Origin: the human T2T-CHM13v2.0 reference genome, Homo sapiens
Reading direction: 5' to 3' (one strand)
Assembly (NCBI RefSeq): GCF_009914755.1
Contig: NC_060926.1
Length of the DNA: 64,000 nt
The translations under genes and the position numbers were made by a program. The notes beneath the pieces are model-generated. The model had not been told where the DNA came from. It saw only the letters and a program-made list of their open reading frames with translations, and ran no database searches. Each line of letters begins with the position of its first letter. The first letter of the stretch is position 1. Of the stretch, positions 48,644 to 63,607 are shown piece after piece.

Positions 48644-49179
48644 GGAAAGAAAGAAAGGGTGAGTGATGGCTACTCTAGGCCCTACTTTCTTGCCCTTGCT
48701 CATTCTCACAGGGGAAGGCAGAACAAACCTCACAGCCAGTATGAGACTGCCTGGCTGGTACATCTGGGGGGGTTTTGTGGTGGCTAGGAATCCAAAGAAG
48801 CTCTTATTTGAACAACAAGGCTGGTATTTATAGAATAAGTTCAGGCACTTCAGGCTAAGCAGACACAAAAGTGAGCAGAGATGGTAGTCAGGCTCTGGGT
48901 AGATAAAGGGTGCCCTGGGCATCCAGAGGCCCAGTATCTATGAACATCAGGAATGTCTGTGCCACTCCCCAGACAAACAGAGATCCCAACTCAGGATTTC
49001 TCACCCTTGGTCAACTATAATTACAAAAACAGAGATTGTGAATAGTTCTGCATGACTCTGGAAAGCCTGTATGTGGTATAGATAAATATACACTAGATTC
49101 TGTACAACCTCATCATGCCTTTAGCTACGTAGAGACTGGACTTTAAAACACACGTTTCCCATCCTGTTAAATTCGGTCC

Positions 49180-49474
49180 TTTTTTTTTTTGAGATGGAGT
49201 CTTGCTCTGTATATAGCCCAGGCTGGAGTGCAGTGGCACATCTCAGCTCACTGCAACCTCTGCCTCCTGGGTTCAAGTGATTCTCCTGCCTCAGCCTCTC
49301 AACTAGCTGGGATTACAGGCGATGCCACAATTCCCAGCTAATTTTTGTGTTTTTAGTAGACATGGGGTTTTCCCATGTTGGCCAGGCTGGTCTCGAACCC
49401 CTGACTTCAGGTGATCCACCTGCCTCGGCCTCCCAAAGTGCTGTGATTACAGGCGTGAGCCAACCCACCCAGCC
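49180..49474 (-). mobile_element. AluS
   Basis: Reverse dimer. Confidence 0.92.
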
Positions 49475-49929
49475 CAGTTCTTTATGTATATAGATATATG
49501 GACAGCTATAGGGAAATGTGATTAAGCATTTTTTTAAAAATTGCCCATTTCAGTAGTAATCCCCAAATTCTAAGCTAGAGAGCATTTAGTTACTTGAGTG
49601 CTCATCTCTTGCCAGGCAGGAGAGGGAGAAGGGTGAAGGGGCTCCAGCATCGGGGATGGGCCTGGAATTCCACTCAGGGTGAATGATAATATTGAGAACT
49701 GAGGGTTTAGTAGGTTCAGAATCCCTTGCTAGCCATACTGAATAGGGTTTGTTTTTCTTACAGAATTTTGAGAAGAACCAGTAAGAGCAGCTCTAGTGGA
49801 GGGATGGGGGAAGAGGGGTAATAAAAGCAGATTACACTGGATTTGGAAATAAGAAGCCACAGGGCCATGCCCCTATCCTTACCCACCTCTCCTCTCTTAT
49901 TACTTTGATTCCCATAAAGAAATAAATAT

Positions 49930-50022
49930 TTAGGTTGGCACAAAAGTAATTGCGGTTTTTGCCTTTACTTTTAATTAAAAACATTAATGGCAAAAACCGC
50001 AATTACTTTTGCACCAGCCTAA
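49930..50022. mobile_element. MADE1 (Hsmar1-derived MITE)
   Basis: TIRs TTAGGTTGGCACAAAAGTAATTGCGGTTTTTGCC / GGCAAAAACCGCAATTACTTTTGCACCAGCCTAA. Confidence 0.93.
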
Positions 50023-51246
50023 TCATAGGCCAATTTCTATGACTAAAATCCCAAAAAATAGTAAGACTAAGAATCTACAGGAGCTCTTCACAGCCATATT
50101 CCTCACAGAATAATTCCAGGAGCTCTGTGCTAAACACATCCCTAAGGAAACTCTGTGCAAAGAGAAGATCAAGGCCAGCAGCTTTTTCAGGTCTGCAGCG
50201 TTTCCAAGTGACAGCAGGCTCAGCTGGACACGTCTCCAAGTACAATTTCTAAATTATGAGAAGTGGGATTGTTTTAAATCGATACATCGAACCTTTAAAC
50301 ACACACACTTTTGAAACGTTTCAGCCACAGCTGTTAAAAGATTGATAAATTTTAAGTTCCTGAAATACTGAAATGAAAAAAACAGTTATATATTAGAAGA
50401 GTGCTAAATTCCTTTAAAAATAAAAATGCACTAAAGGTTTAAGAGCACAGCCATAATTTTTAGAACCCAGCAAGTGGATGCCTGCATGGGACAAAGTCAC
50501 TGAACAGCCTGAGCCCTTCAATAATTAATAGATGCAAAGTTAAAGAAATGTCAATGCTGATAATAAATTGCTCAGGGTGACTCAAATGCAGCTGCTTCTC
50601 TGCTGATCACTTCTGGTATTAACTGTGCTTACAAAAGCAAATACCTCATACTCCTTCCACTCTATAGAAAAACCAACAGGTACAGTATCACGTAGCTAGG
50701 TAGGCCTTGAATAGAAAAAAGGGTAACTCAGCTTTGACAAGGACATTTATCTCTGGAATTTCTGTCCTCTGAAAATATTTGTTACTGATACTCACTTGCT
50801 ATGCCCCAATTCCCTGATTCTGCTAAAACACCTTTTAGAAAAGGAAGCACTGGAGCAGGGTGTTTACTTTGTTGATGCTCTGGAGCAAGGGGGTGTTACT
50901 GTATATGTTCCATGTTAGGGGTTTGTCCAAGAAAAAGGAGCAGATGGCTAGTGACTCAGAGCATATGTTGACCCGAGTGCCCTTTGGCAAACAGGAGCTC
51001 CAGGCAGAGAGTAAATATGCCCTAAATATTTGAAAAAGGGAATCACTCAGCCAAGAAAAGAGGAGTCTGAGGGAGCACCCTAAAACAATCTTAGCCTTGT
51101 AGAGGGATATTATTTATTCCCTGGGGAGAAAACTGTTTCTCTCTTCCAAAAAAGAGTGGACATTGAATTTATATTCAGAAGTGGTAAGAAAAATAAGGGA
51201 AGGATGATAAATAGTGAAAGGAACAAAAGAAATTCTGGAATCTCAG

Positions 51247-51676
<430 letters not shown>

Positions 51677-51826
51677 TTACAATAATATCAAAACAAACAG
51701 AACAATCAGGAATACCCTATGACATATCACAGCCAATAAAGGCTCAAAAAATTCTTGCTGATGAAGAAAACAAATGTTCCCAAACAGCATTTCCTGGTTA
51801 CTTATCAATAATGCAGACCAATGTCA

Positions 51827-52400
<574 letters not shown>

Positions 52401-53444
52401 TTATTTTCCAATAATTCTTGAGGGATCACTGGAATACTTGCATGAAAAAAAAAAATTCACTTTAACCTCACTCTTCCGAGATTTTAAAAATAGAGCAAGC
52501 ACAGAGATAACAAAGAAACCTTTTTCAGAGGCACCCTCAAATCTTAGGCCCAAATAGATGGTGGTATCAACAGAAACAACGAAATATCCATAGCAACTGT
52601 GGAAAGCAGATTCTCATCCCATAGTGAGATAATAAATAAAGTCACTGCCTTTTGTGACACCTTACTCAACCTCAGACAGAAATAAATGTTCCTCACTCCT
52701 GTTCGCATAAATCCACCTAGCTAGTGTTTGTGGGAGCAGAGGGAGGATTGTTCCCCAATCCAGGCCCACGAAAGTGGCTTTGCCTTCCACAGCACCTCCC
52801 ACCCTCTGCTGGGAGTCACAGACCTCTCCCAAGGACCCACTCAGGAGGGTGTTTGGGGCTGTTTAGGAGGAGGGGTCTCCACTGGCTAGTTTGGAGGAAA
52901 TTCAACGAAATCGAAGCCCAACTGTAGGGGCCATGTACAGAGTAAGTGTTGAAAAAACGTTAATGTCCACCCTTCCTTTATCCAGACACATTGAACAGAT
53001 ATTCACTGAAATGTCCTTAAAAAATCTACCTCACCCCATGTCTATCCATCTTCCCGAATGCTGCCTGCCTCCTGCCTTGTGACCAGCTCTGCCGGCAGAC
53101 CCTGCAGTATGACTCAGCGTGTTGAAATCCGCCTCTGTGGGCACGCACTGCTCTCAAAACTGCTTCAACCACCAGAAGCAGTTAATTGCAATGAGTCTCT
53201 GGGGATCCTGCTCCAATGGCGACACTCAAGAGGAAGCAACCACCTAGGCAATACCTTCCTATTAAATGCTACCGAACTCCAGAAAGAGCGTGCCTTGGCT
53301 TTGTGAGGAGCTCAGAGGCTCTGAGAGGCCCCCTGTGGGGGAGCGTGTTCAGGACTATATGAGGCCTACCTTCCCAGCTCACCTGCACTGGGCTGAGATG
53401 ATGGTGGTGACAATGACAAATAATACTAAGAAGAAAGGTACCAC

Positions 53445-53640
53445 TGACTGAACACTTATCATTTGCTAAGCACTTGGCATATGTTGCCTCATCTACCCCC
53501 GGACAGCAACCCCGTAAAATCCTCATTTTACAGGTGAGGAAACCAGAGGTCACAGAGCCAAAGTCAAGTGGTGATTAAGCAAGGCTTGAGCCCAGACTGT
53601 GGGGTTAGGGGTCTAGGCTCCCAACCACGTCAACACTACT
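53445..53640 (-). mobile_element. MIR
   Basis: CCTCATTTTACAGGTGAGGAAACCAGAGGTCACAGAG core. Confidence 0.8.
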
Positions 53641-55623
53641 GGCTTTAGAGCAGCTGCACTTTCCACACTAGTATTGTTCTAAATCTAAGCACGGCCAGAG
53701 GAAAGAATAGGAAGCTCCACACTGACCTCTAAGCTTTTTATAGAGAAGCATCTCCCCAGACACAGCCCCTCCAGCGAGCCTGGAGCCGGGCTGCCTCAGC
53801 TGTGTCTGCAGCAGTCCTCAGAGGCCCTGCTGGAACCTGACCCTGAAGCTCCCAGCATCCACGCTGCCGCTGGCTCCCAGCCCCGCCTTGCGGCTCGAGC
53901 ATAGCCATGAACAGCTCTGATGAATTATCTACCAGAGGAGAACTCCAATTGTATCATCAAAAGAGAGTTGGGGATTATCTGTTATTTTCATTGTCCTTGC
54001 CACTTCAGCCGCTATTTATTCAGAGCTGCTCATGGCTCTGGCTTCCTTGTTTTATTTCTTCTGCCAACCCCCAGCTGGAGTTTCTGGAGCAACCAAATAG
54101 CTAAAAACAAAAAGAGGAAGCAGCAACAGTCTGACATTTACAAAGATGGAAAAATTGCTCTCTAGACACATGACAACAAACTGTAGAAAGAAAAATTGTG
54201 GCAAGATCAACGTGAGCAACTGGGAGCTCAGTGGATGGTCCATAGATAGAAGGCCCTGGCCACACTGTGATTCCAGGGCCCCAAAAACCACCAGCACTGG
54301 TGTGAGAAGGAGGAAGACCGTGACCTGACATTAAGAGAAAGGCTATGTCCTGTGCTGTTGCTAGAAAAATAAAAAGGCCACCACCAAAAGAAGCCCTCTC
54401 CTTTCTTCTGCGAGGAGGGTAAGCAGTGCAGTCCAAGGCTTCCTGGGGTGGGAAAAGGTGTATTCTCTTCTTTATGTGTGGAAGCCTTGCTTACCTGTAG
54501 AAGAGGATCCCTCAGGACTTCAGAACTGTGGTTTCTACAGACTGGGGCATGTTCAGGTCAATGTGGAACTGAATTCAAGCCTTATCAATACTCACAAACA
54601 ACAGAGGAGGATCTCAGGTGAGACTATGACTACCTCCCACTCATTTAGCATCCCTGGCTACTCTGTCCTCTTTTGGAAAGCTTCTGTCTGTCTCTCTGAA
54701 GTGGGTAAAAGAGACAAGGGTGGTGGTGGTAGTTGCTCTAGGGGAGAAGTTGCTGCAGTAGCCCTTGTTTCAATTGAACAATATTATGGATTTCCGTCCA
54801 GCAAGTGACCTCTCACTCCGGACCTGTAGGGTCCATGCAGTCCAGTGTAAGTAAATTGGCTCTATCAGCCTGGTTTCACAACCCACATCATCCCAACTCT
54901 ACCCTACCCAAGAGTTGCTAGAAGCACCTATTACTCCTGTAGAAGGTGAGGGAGAGGTGACCCCCAGTCCAAAGTGACTGGAGACCATGACTGACTGACC
55001 AGCCCAGAATCAGAAGGCTAAGGAACCACCTGTCTAATAGTCTGGTGCCAAACACAGGCCCTTCACTGCTCTTGGGAATGTTCTCGGCCATCCCTTCCTG
55101 GCCAAAAACAGAATATCAACTGCTTCTGAACCTGGGTCCTAGGCAACTAAACTGGGCTGTGAAAGAAACATCTATGCTGAGCCTATTGCTCCCTGAAATG
55201 GCCTCACAAATTTGCTTTGGAAACCATGAATTTTTCAAAACTTGATTTTCTTTGTACTTGTTGAAAGTTTTGTTTTCATCTTAAAATGCTAAATATACAA
55301 TTTATCGGAAAATATAGCTAGATTTATATTTTTCCAGTCAGCAGTTTGGAATCGTCTGTCTTTACATTAGTCTATAATAAGACAGGCACACTTAGAATAT
55401 TTTATGATGTCACTTTTTCATTCTGGGACTTGGTGCACCATTTGCACCAAGTGTTGGTTTGTTCCACCTCTCTCTTTTGTGAATTAGTCTGCAGCTCCAC
55501 TTTGCAGTTTGAAATGTGAGTCAGCAAAGGAGAAACTCACTTCTCTATGCAGGGGATGGAGCTGGAAAGGAACAAGGAGGCTCCAAAGTCCAGGTCATGT
55601 TTGATGTCTCCTGATTAACTCCA

Positions 55624-55920
<297 letters not shown>

Positions 55921-56302
55921 GTAAATAAGTAACTCCAGAGAACCACAGAAAGTTAGTACACCTGTTCTCCAGACTGCCTTTAAAAAGGCACGTTCCTCCT
56001 CTGAAGCTTCCCTGGGTGCAAATGCTCACGGGTGGCAATAGCGTGAAGAATAGCCACCCCCATTCATCTCCCCTTGTCAGTCCCAGGTTCACTAGAGGGT
56101 GCATCAGCTTAAAGATGCCTTACGAGATAGAGGTATTTATTAACTGTTACCACCATTGATGCCACACCAGCACATGCATGTGGGCTGACAGGTTTCATGT
56201 ACTTGGGATACAGAAGCCACAGCTAGGAGAGAATATAAAAACTTCTCCCTTCAGACAATTTGATTTTCCAAATCATATTCTTGGTATATGGGTTAAATTA
56301 TG

Positions 56303-56726
56303 CATATTAGCTTTTTGTGGTTTATATAACTAGTTACTACAAATTAGTGGCTTAAAACAACACACATTTATTATCTTATCAGCTCTGTAGGTCAGAAGTC
56401 TGACATGAATCTTACTAGGCTAAAATCAAGATGTCAGAAGGTCTGTATTCCTTTCTACAAGCACTAGAGGACAATCTGTTTCTATGCCTTTTCTGGCTTC
56501 TAAAAGCTCCCACATTCCTTGACTCCTGGTCCCCTTCCTTCATCTTCAAAGCCAGCAATAGCTGGTTGAGTCTTTCTCACATTACATCACTATGAAACTG
56601 ACTCTCCTGCTTCTCTCATTCTCTTATAAGAACTTCCGTGATTACACTGGGCCCATCTATATATATAGGTAACAGGGATTAGGATGTGGACATCTATGGA
56701 GAGGAGGCACGATTTTGCCCACCACA
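56303..56726 (-). mobile_element. MLT1 (C/D-type) LTR
   Basis: AGTGGCTTAAAACAACACACATTTATTATCTT...CATCTTCAAAGCCAGCAA...GGATTAGGATGTGGACATCT. Confidence 0.8.
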
Positions 56727-57297
56727 CTGTAGAAGATTTCTAGAAATCTGAGAATAAAGAGATAACATCCTTATCACAAAATCATGAGAAACGAAGGCTG
56801 GGGTCCACCCCCGTCTTAAGCTACTAATGCTACTGCCCAAGAAAGCAGTCTGCTCCCAATAGCCCCTCAGTAGTCTATTCCGGGGCACTATGTTTTTGTC
56901 ATCAATAGAAGAAAAGCATTCTGTCTAGCTCATCCTTTCTGTACATTGCTTCTCCTCTTACCACATATGGGCAGGGAAATCTAGCAACTTGTATATCTGG
57001 CTCAAAGTTAAAGTCACCAGTGTGCTGCTATGAAACTACTACCTCCTCCCCACAGTTCCTTTATGCCATCCTCTTATGACCATTTTTTAACCCTTGAAAC
57101 ATTTTGATGACTCAGTGCTGCAGAATCCCAGCTCAGTGTGATTCAAGGCTTCAGGGTAAGCTAGTAAGCTAGTGCTTTGTAAAGTGACAGCAAAGACCCT
57201 CTGGGTGCATTCAACATGGCTACTGTTGTGGCCATTAGCTTCCATTGTGAGAGACAACCCCAAAAGAGGATCATATAACAAGGAGATGGGGACTAGT

Positions 57298-57432
57298 CTT
57301 TTTTTTTTTTTTTTTTTTGAGATTGGGTCTCACTTTGTTGCCCAGGCTGGTCTCAAACTCCTGGCCTCAAGCTATCCTCCCGCCTGGCCTCCCAAAGTGC
57401 TAGGATTATAGGCATGAGTCACTGCCGGGGCC
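57298..57432 (-). mobile_element. Alu left-arm monomer (FLAM)
   Basis: Poly-T plus single reverse arm. Confidence 0.85.
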
Positions 57433-57589
57433 TCATTTCTAATTGTTTCATCAGGCTGATCCTGGACCAGCAGCTGATAAGACTCTGGCTGTGCTAGAAG
57501 CCATGTAAGAGGTTTGAAACAGATAATGGGAGAAACATATCAAGAATATCAGAGCCTTGACTTCAAATGATGATAAAAATAGATATACA

Positions 57590-57960
57590 ACACAGTGGTT
57601 AAGAGTGTTAAAATGCCTCCACACCACATATTAGCCATGGGATCCTGGGTAAGTTTCTTAACCTCTCTGAGCCTCAGTTTCCTCGTCTGAAATTCAGGAT
57701 AACAATAGAATCAATTATATAGGATTCCAGTAGCTGATACATTGGAAGCATTCACTGTTAGCTAGAATTATTAGGCAGATGCTAAGCACTTTACGAGCAT
57801 TTCTTAATTAATCATCAAAATAGCCCCATGAGGTATGTACTATTATTATAATCTCCATTCTAAGATGAGGATGAACTTATAGTCACACAGCTAATGAGTG
57901 GCAGAGGCAGGACCAGAATTCAGGTTGGTCTGACTTAAAAGACCATGCCCTTAACCTCTG
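57590..57960. mobile_element. Two adjacent MIRs in opposite orientation
   Basis: AACCTCTCTGAGCCTCAGTTTCCTC (+), then CTCCATTCTAAGATGAGG...GTCACACAGCTAATGAGTGGCAGAG (-). Confidence 0.75.
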
Positions 57961-57978
57961 TGGGGAGCAAGATTCTAG

Positions 57979-58443
<465 letters not shown>

Positions 58444-58799
58444 TGAGACCTTGAAATAGCCCTGGGTCATCTTGGACCTGATCCAATGTCACACACTGGT
58501 TGAATATTGGGTTTCGAGGCTCCTGAAAGCTCATGCCTTCGAGCATTCCCTTCAATGAGCAGCCTCTTCCTGAAGGGCCTCCTAACCATCACCTCAAGCT
58601 CATCCTGGAACAGAGAAGACACAGCTAGAGCCCTGGAGCAGCAAGTCCCAATCCTGACTCGGCAGCATCCCAGGGAATAACACCTGGCTCAAGGAGCACA
58701 GTGAAATCCTCATTAATCAAATTAATTTTAACTTGCTGTAATTTTAAAGGAGAATCTATGCTTTTCTGAGGGGTTGCTATGGATCTAAACAATGAGAGG

Positions 58800-59215
58800 G
58801 CGTGGCAGCTCTGGAAAGGGCAACAATTGCTGTGTTAAAAGCTTCATGAAATCTCACAGACAAAATATGCAAAAGAAACCAGACACAAAGAAGTATGCAC
58901 TTCATTATTTCATTTAGATAAAGGTCAAGAATAGGCAAACTACTCTGTGCTATGCAGGGATGCAATCTTTGATGGTAAAAATATAAAAAAAGAAAAAGGC
59001 ACAGAAGCCAGGAGAGTGATTACCTTTGGGGTAGGGAAGGGAGTTGGAATTCCACTAGGCAAGGGTCTCCTGGGGTGCTGGCAATGTTCCATTTCTTAAC
59101 ATGGGTGGAAATGACATAGGGTTCCTTTTATTACAATTCATTTGGTTTTATAAGATTCCCTTTATATAATGCATCTATGCAGTTTTCTGTGTGTTATATT
59201 TCATAATAACAAAGG
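58800..59215 (+). mobile_element. Old L1ME-type 3' fragment
   Basis: AAAAGAAACCAGACACAAA...ATAGGCAAACTA...GGGGTGCTGGCAATGTTCCATTTCTT. Confidence 0.68.
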
Positions 59216-59388
59216 TTGGTTTGTTTGGGATTTTCTGTTTTGTCTCACTAAGGAAATTTGTAGCAACCCCACCCCTGAGAAGACTGAATTTCTAACAAGC
59301 TTCTAAATGTTGCTGATGCTGCCACACTTTGGATAGCACCGATCTAGTCTACTCTCAAAATTTTGCCCCATCTTTTAAGAGACACCCA

Positions 59389-59680
59389 GGGCTGGGCATG
59401 GTAGCTTATGCCTGTAATCCCAGCACTTTGGGAGGTCAAGGTGAAGGATTGCTTGAGCCCAGGAGCTCAAGAACAGCCTGAGCAACATACTGGGACCTTG
59501 CCTCTACAAATATTTTAAAAATTAGCCAGGAGAAGTGGTGTGCCCCTGTAATTCCAGCTACTTGGGAGGCTGAGTTGGGAGGATCGCTTGAGCTCAAGAG
59601 GTCAAGGCTGCAGCGAGCTGTGTTCACACCATTTCACTACACCCTGGGCAATGGAGCAAGACCCTGTCTCAAAAAAAAAA
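59389..59680 (+). mobile_element. AluJ
   Basis: Dimer; TSD AGACACCCAGG. Confidence 0.9.
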
Positions 59681-62334
59681 GACACCCAGGAAGAAGTTTC
59701 ACATGATAAAGGGTATAGAATATGGTCCTCTGCTTCTAGTGGACAGACTATTGAATCTAGTTCACGATTCTTTTGTAAAACAATCCTCCCTGCCCCCCAA
59801 ACACACTCACACACATGCACAAACTCCCTCTCAACATTATCAATTATCTGTGTCAAGTTGAATCTTCACCAAACCAGGAGTTAAGTCTAGTGGATTCTGA
59901 AGCCATGCAACCAGCCATCAGTGCAGAGGGAAAAGGACAGAAAGGCCCTAGCTCATGGAACCCTGAAAAGAGACTGCTCTCTAATGCAGATGAGGACACA
60001 ACCGTTCTGTTCCCTGCTGTTCTGATTGCTATCAGGCTTCAACCATCAGATATGGGTCCCTGACAATTTATCAGGAAGCAAGCAGCCTGCCTTTTCTCCT
60101 GTCTAAATTCTGCATTCTATTTCCTTGTATTCTACACAAAATGCAAAACAGCAGCTAAAAATAGAAGCTGAGGTGCTAGTGAGGCTGATTTGTGTGTGAA
60201 GAAGGCAGAGAGATATCGGGGGAAGAATTCAGAGGAGAGCTGCCTGGGGCCCCTTCCTGAGCTGTCACAGACAGCAGCCTGGAAAAGAAATACAAGGGAA
60301 GGAGACAGAGGTGGGAGGCTGGATGGACTGCCCAATTATTACACCTGCAGAGAATCCTTGCGGGTTTTTTGGGCTCCCTAAAAGCGCCCTGACCTATTTT
60401 TTGAAACGTTTTTTTCCTTATTCGTCAAAATACATTCTCAGTGAATTGCAGTCAAGTTTCCTGCAATTACTCAATCTAAAGTTTTGTTTTCTACACTGGG
60501 AGCTATAGTCTATGCCTCTACGTATAATGGTAATATACTCAACAGTACCAGGCTGACGATGGATAGGGTGAATTTCTTAAAGTGGCAGGGAAGCTGCAGT
60601 TTTAAATGAATCCACCTGAAAAGCTTTGAACAAAGCCTTGAGTCTATTTAAGAACAGAGAGCTCGTGTGATAGCTGGCTGGCTTCATCCCTTAGATAGGG
60701 GACACAGACTTATTGGATGCGAGTATAAAAGCCTTATAGTAGAAGTAAATTTCATAATGCCTTGGATTTATAGAGCACTTTTCTTCATAGAACTTGTATT
60801 CTCTGGGCAGAGTGACCAGCCCAACTTGGAATCTCGCTTAGCCATAGTGAAAATGATGAAAGTATTACAGGGGGCAAAAAAGCAAAAGATCAGGGAGAGA
60901 AGTCAATAGTTCCCCAGGGATCTCCCAGGGCAACCTTGCTCCCAGACTGCTGGAGCACCACTAGGATCTAGGGCATGTGGTTTCCACAACCACCTCCTCC
61001 TCCCTCATGTCATAGGGCTGTTGAGAAAACGGGATTAGCTACATGGCCAACCCATAATTATGCAGGGGTGGAGGAGTCAGACCATTGACCAGCTGGCTTC
61101 TCATTTCTCCTTCTCTCAGCTGCTCACCAGCCTCAGATGCAGGAGGGTGAAGATGGGATTCCCAGAACACCTCTCCATTTGCTCCCATGAACTGGAAAAA
61201 AGCACAGTCATTGCAAGTGACTGTAAAATGCAAACCCATGCCTCGCTGTGGGCTGCGTGAGGCCCAGACTGGCCCACGGCACTGAGAGGTGGGGTGGGTG
61301 AATGATTCCCATGCCCACTCTGGACACCCAGGCCTTGCCTTGGCAGAACCTAAGGAGGGGCTGAACAGCACAGCCGCATCTCTGAAGAAAGCAACCCTGT
61401 GTCACCCCAGGCAGAGGCTGAGGCCGAAGGAAGCAAAGGTTCTTAGAAGGAAAGCAATGCTTCCTGCCCCCCTCACTTTAGCTCTCCGAAGCCACTTTTC
61501 CCAGCAGGTTTCCCCCTATCTCCAGCTCACCAGGGTGGGCACAGACAGAAGGAAACTCCTGGCTGGGCACCCTGGCAGGCTCAGGGAAACTAGAGCCCAG
61601 GCTTGGGCCCTGCCTTGCCAACCTTCCTCCGGCCCAGGCTTTACAACGGGCCCTTCCTCCAAGCTGGGGCTGGCCCCCAAACCTCTCACTGTCCCTCCAT
61701 TCTGCTTGTCCCCTTTCAACTGCTCAGCAGTCAGAAGACGAGCAGGAGATCTTTAACAACTTGAACCTGACCAAATTAAGTTTGAGATGGTTTAAATAAA
61801 TGTCCAAATGAGTTTTCTACATTTCTATGCTTTCTCTAACTCCCATTCTCAAGCAAGTGAAAAAATGTCTCTGAGTGAAGCCCTCAAGCTCTGACTGAGA
61901 ATATAATGTTGTTATTATTAGAGCAACGGGGAAGGAGACATGCCATCTCCAGGCAGGGCTCGGGCGGGCTGTGTGGGAGGCGACTGTCAGCAGCTGTTGG
62001 GTGGAAAGCTTATTTATTGTCAGCAGCCTGGCTCAGAGATTAAGAAAAGCTCGGGTCTCCGGCTTACACACACATAGCTGCAGGCAGCAGCTGCTCCAGA
62101 CATGGCATTCAACCACAGGGGTCCCCAGGGTCTCCTTTCAGGGTTAACTTGACCAATAAGGAAACCCTGGTGGCCACCAGGACAGCTGGAAAAATTCCCA
62201 TGGGGCCACAGAACCAAATACCCCCAATAAAAATGTTCAGCATCCAATGCCTTCGCCAGACTAAACCCAAGAACCCAGAATCAGCCTTGAATCCCACACA
62301 ACAGCAACAGCTCTATGTCCTGAGACTGTTTTCC

Positions 62335-62560
62335 AGTCATTCACCAAATACTTATTGTGCAGTGTCTGACAGACACCATACATGGGACTGGAAATAGACC
62401 AATGAATGAGACAGTCAGTCCCGATCCCTGCTCTCAGGGAGCTCACAGTCTGGTAAAAATTACCTGCAGTTAAACTGGTAAAAAATCTTGTGTTGAGTAT
62501 TATGATAGAGGAAGCTCAGGGAGCTATGAGTACAACATCAGGAAAAATCTAACTGACCAC
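62335..62560 (-). mobile_element. L2 3' fragment
   Basis: CATTCACCAAATACTTATTG...CCCTGCTCTCAGGGAGCTCACAGTCT. Confidence 0.65.
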
Positions 62561-63197
62561 AAGGAATTGCCCTGGTAAGAAAACCATCACTAAGAGATAC
62601 TGTGAAGTTTGGGATTAGGGTCTCAAGAGACGTCAGCCCAAGACCATTACCACTATTTCTCCTTCTTCAGCTAATTAAACTTTTAGCTAATATCTACCCA
62701 TTTGATTCATGTTCTATTTATTACCAGTCTGTTGAACAGAAGGCTCTGGGAAAAGATAATTATAATCATAGAGCATCTATCAAAGTATCCAGAATTTTCT
62801 GGGAAGCATGACAGATCCTTTTATCCACTGAGGTCATTATTATTATCATGCTATTGTCATCGACCATTATTCTTACTCTTCCTCTGATGATGACAATTAC
62901 CAGGGAAGGAGGAAGGAAAATGGGATTTGAGTGAGGTACCAAGGGGACTTAAACTTGAACAGTAATGTTTTCTTTTTTATAAAATAACCTGAAATAAATA
63001 TGCCAAAATGTAAATATTTATTCATTCAGGGTACCGAGAACATGAGTGCTTGTCATGTCATGTTACTCACTGTACTTTTCTATATTTAACTTTTTTTCTG
63101 AAAACATACAGAAAAACAAAAAGATTGCTAGAGTACATAACAAAATTTTAGCCGTATTTCTGCTAGGTGGGATTTCCTATTTTTACTTATCTGTATT

Positions 63198-63535
<338 letters not shown>

Positions 63536-63607
63536 TAGAGTGCTTTCCGGCTTACAACACCAAGAAGTCATTACTTCCCCACCAAGGTTTGCACACATGG
63601 CCCTGAC

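Noticed and set aside
53760-53910. Possible CpG island
   Set aside because: Too short (~150 bp) and too few CpGs for island criteria.
53907-53924. N-terminus MNSSDE resembling the start of shootin-1 (SHTN1)
   Set aside because: The similarity stops after six residues; coincidental.
55428-55452. 10-bp perfect stem with a 5-nt loop (ACTTGGTGCA/TGCACCAAGT)
   Set aside because: Roughly 0.5 such stems are expected by chance in 64 kb; no other support.
61289-61756. 155-aa ORF in a GC-rich unique region
   Set aside because: GTG start, no recognisable motif, and overlapping ORFs on both strands, as expected by chance in GC-rich DNA.
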